Assembly (NCBI GenBank): GCA_016871375.1
Contig: VFYY01000002.1
Coordinates: 1,749 to 65,748 of the forward strand
Origin: Acidimicrobiia bacterium
GTDB lineage: Bacteria > Acidobacteriota > Vicinamibacteria > Vicinamibacterales > UBA2999
DNA: 64,000 nt
Direction: 5' to 3'
The notes below the pieces were generated by a model. It was not told where the DNA came from. It worked only from the letters and a program-made list of their open reading frames with translations, and searched no databases. This document shows positions 63,094 to 64,000 of the stretch, piece after piece. Positions within the stretch are counted from its first letter, which is position 1. Every line of letters starts with the position of its first letter. The translations under genes and the position numbers were made by a program.

Positions 63094-64000
63094 ATGTCTT
63101 CTGTTTCCCTGGAAGTGCCCGCGGCGCGCGTCGCAGCCGCGCGCGAGGCACTCGATGCCTGGGTGCGCGAAGTCGTCGACTGGCATTTCGATCCCGCCAC
63201 CGGCTGTCCCTTCTGGCTCGAGCGTGCGAAGACGCTGGGCTGGGACCCGCGGCGCGAGGTGAAGGGCTTCGACGACCTGCGCCGCTTCGGCGAGTTCGAC
63301 GACGAGTGGCTGCGCGGCGGCCCGGTGCAGCGCTGGGTGCCGCGCGGCATGGCGGGCAAGCCCGTCTACGTGTTCGAGACCGGCGGCACGACCGGCACGC
63401 CGAAGACGCGCATCAACTGCGAGGACTTCCGCATCGACTACGAGATCTTCGCGGACACGATGTCCGAGGAACACTTTCCGAAGGGGGCCAACTGGCTGAT
63501 GCTGGGGCCGTCGGGCCCGCGCCGGCTGCGGCTCGCGGTGGAGCACCTCGCGCAGTACCGCGGCGGCATCTGCTTCTGCGTGGACCTCGATCCCCGCTGG
63601 GTGATCAAGCTCATCAAGAAGGGGTGGAGCGAGCACCTGCAGGCCTACAAGGATCACGTGATCGACCAGGGCATCACGATCCTGCAGGCGAACCACGACA
63701 TCCGCTGCATGTTCACGACGCCGAAGCTGCTCGAGGCGCTGGCGCTGCGGCTCGAGTCGATGGGCACGAGCATCCGCAAGATCGGGATCCAGGGCGTCTT
63801 CTGCGGCGGCACCGAGTTCACGCCGCAGTGGAACCGCTTCGCCCACGAGGAGCTGCTCGACGGCGCGTACATGATCCCGATGTACGGCAACACGCTGATG
63901 GGCCTCGCGCCGAGCGCGCCGACCGGCCCACACAACAACTACAAGATCGCCTACTACCCGCCGCAGCCGCGCGCGGCCATCGAGGTCGTCGATTTCGACG
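63094..64000 (+). CDS. Adenylate-forming enzyme (phenylacetate-CoA-ligase-like/ANL superfamily), 5' partial, continues beyond window
   Basis: This open frame is absent from the ORF track because it has no stop within the window. MSSVSLEVP..; the AMP-binding P-loop appears as YVFETGGTTGTPK. Codon usage is coherent through to position 64000. Confidence 0.72.
   Translation, partial: MSSVSLEVPAARVAAAREALDAWVREVVDWHFDPATGCPFWLERAKTLGWDPRREVKGFDDLRRFGEFDDEWLRGGPVQRWVPRGMAGKPVYVFETGGTTGTPKTRINCEDFRIDYEIFADTMSEEHFPKGANWLMLGPSGPRRLRLAVEHLAQYRGGICFCVDLDPRWVIKLIKKGWSEHLQAYKDHVIDQGITILQANHDIRCMFTTPKLLEALALRLESMGTSIRKIGIQGVFCGGTEFTPQWNRFAHEELLDGAYMIPMYGNTLMGLAPSAPTGPHNNYKIAYYPPQPRAAIEVVDFD

Overview
High-GC (roughly 68-70% by eye, not computed), gene-dense bacterial chromosomal segment. 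The protein repertoire and repeat content look like a soil lineage such as Acidobacteriota or Gemmatimonadota, but that is inference only. All calls rest on motif recognition in the supplied translations and on reading the DNA; no searches were run.

Core housekeeping genes are abundant: uvrA, mpg, leuC/leuD, leuA-like, efp, tdk, ku, uvrC, trpS, scpA/scpB, rluB, cmk, rpsA, an IHF/HU gene and tRNA-Thr(CGU). Interspersed accessory genes include:
- a MATE exporter, an M28 peptidase and a 1310-aa hybrid sensor kinase
- three paralogous secreted amidohydrolases
- an amidohydrolase-cupin-DsbA-NHL operon
- a GT2 plus polytopic-membrane-protein operon
- two PQQ dehydrogenases carrying the D-x-D lanthanide-type signature
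- hsp20-htrA, mscS and a CPA2 antiporter
- VapBC and MntA/HepT toxin-antitoxin pairs

The most unusual content is non-genic.
1. A RAYT (REP-associated tyrosine transposase) gene sits at 60.2-61.1 kb. It is flanked by GTAG-headed REP hairpins, is itself penetrated by them, and is followed by a partial duplication.
2. Several dispersed palindromic repeat families are present. Copies are inserted in frame into uvrA, mpg, uvrC, rluB and an ACAD-like gene, and in four cases the repeat supplies the stop codon of the upstream gene.
3. A 106-bp nested palindrome occurs twice with its core flipped.
4. A class of hairpins has stems built from 7-9 bp tandem units.
5. A roughly 3-kb islet splits the conserved cmk-rpsA-ihf linkage. 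It carries two frameshifted genes, MntA/HepT and a histone-H1-like protein.
6. A gene-fragment graveyard surrounds an intact VapBC.

No CRISPR array, rRNA, prophage or integrase was seen. Many very long ORFs in the track are antisense artefacts of the high GC content.
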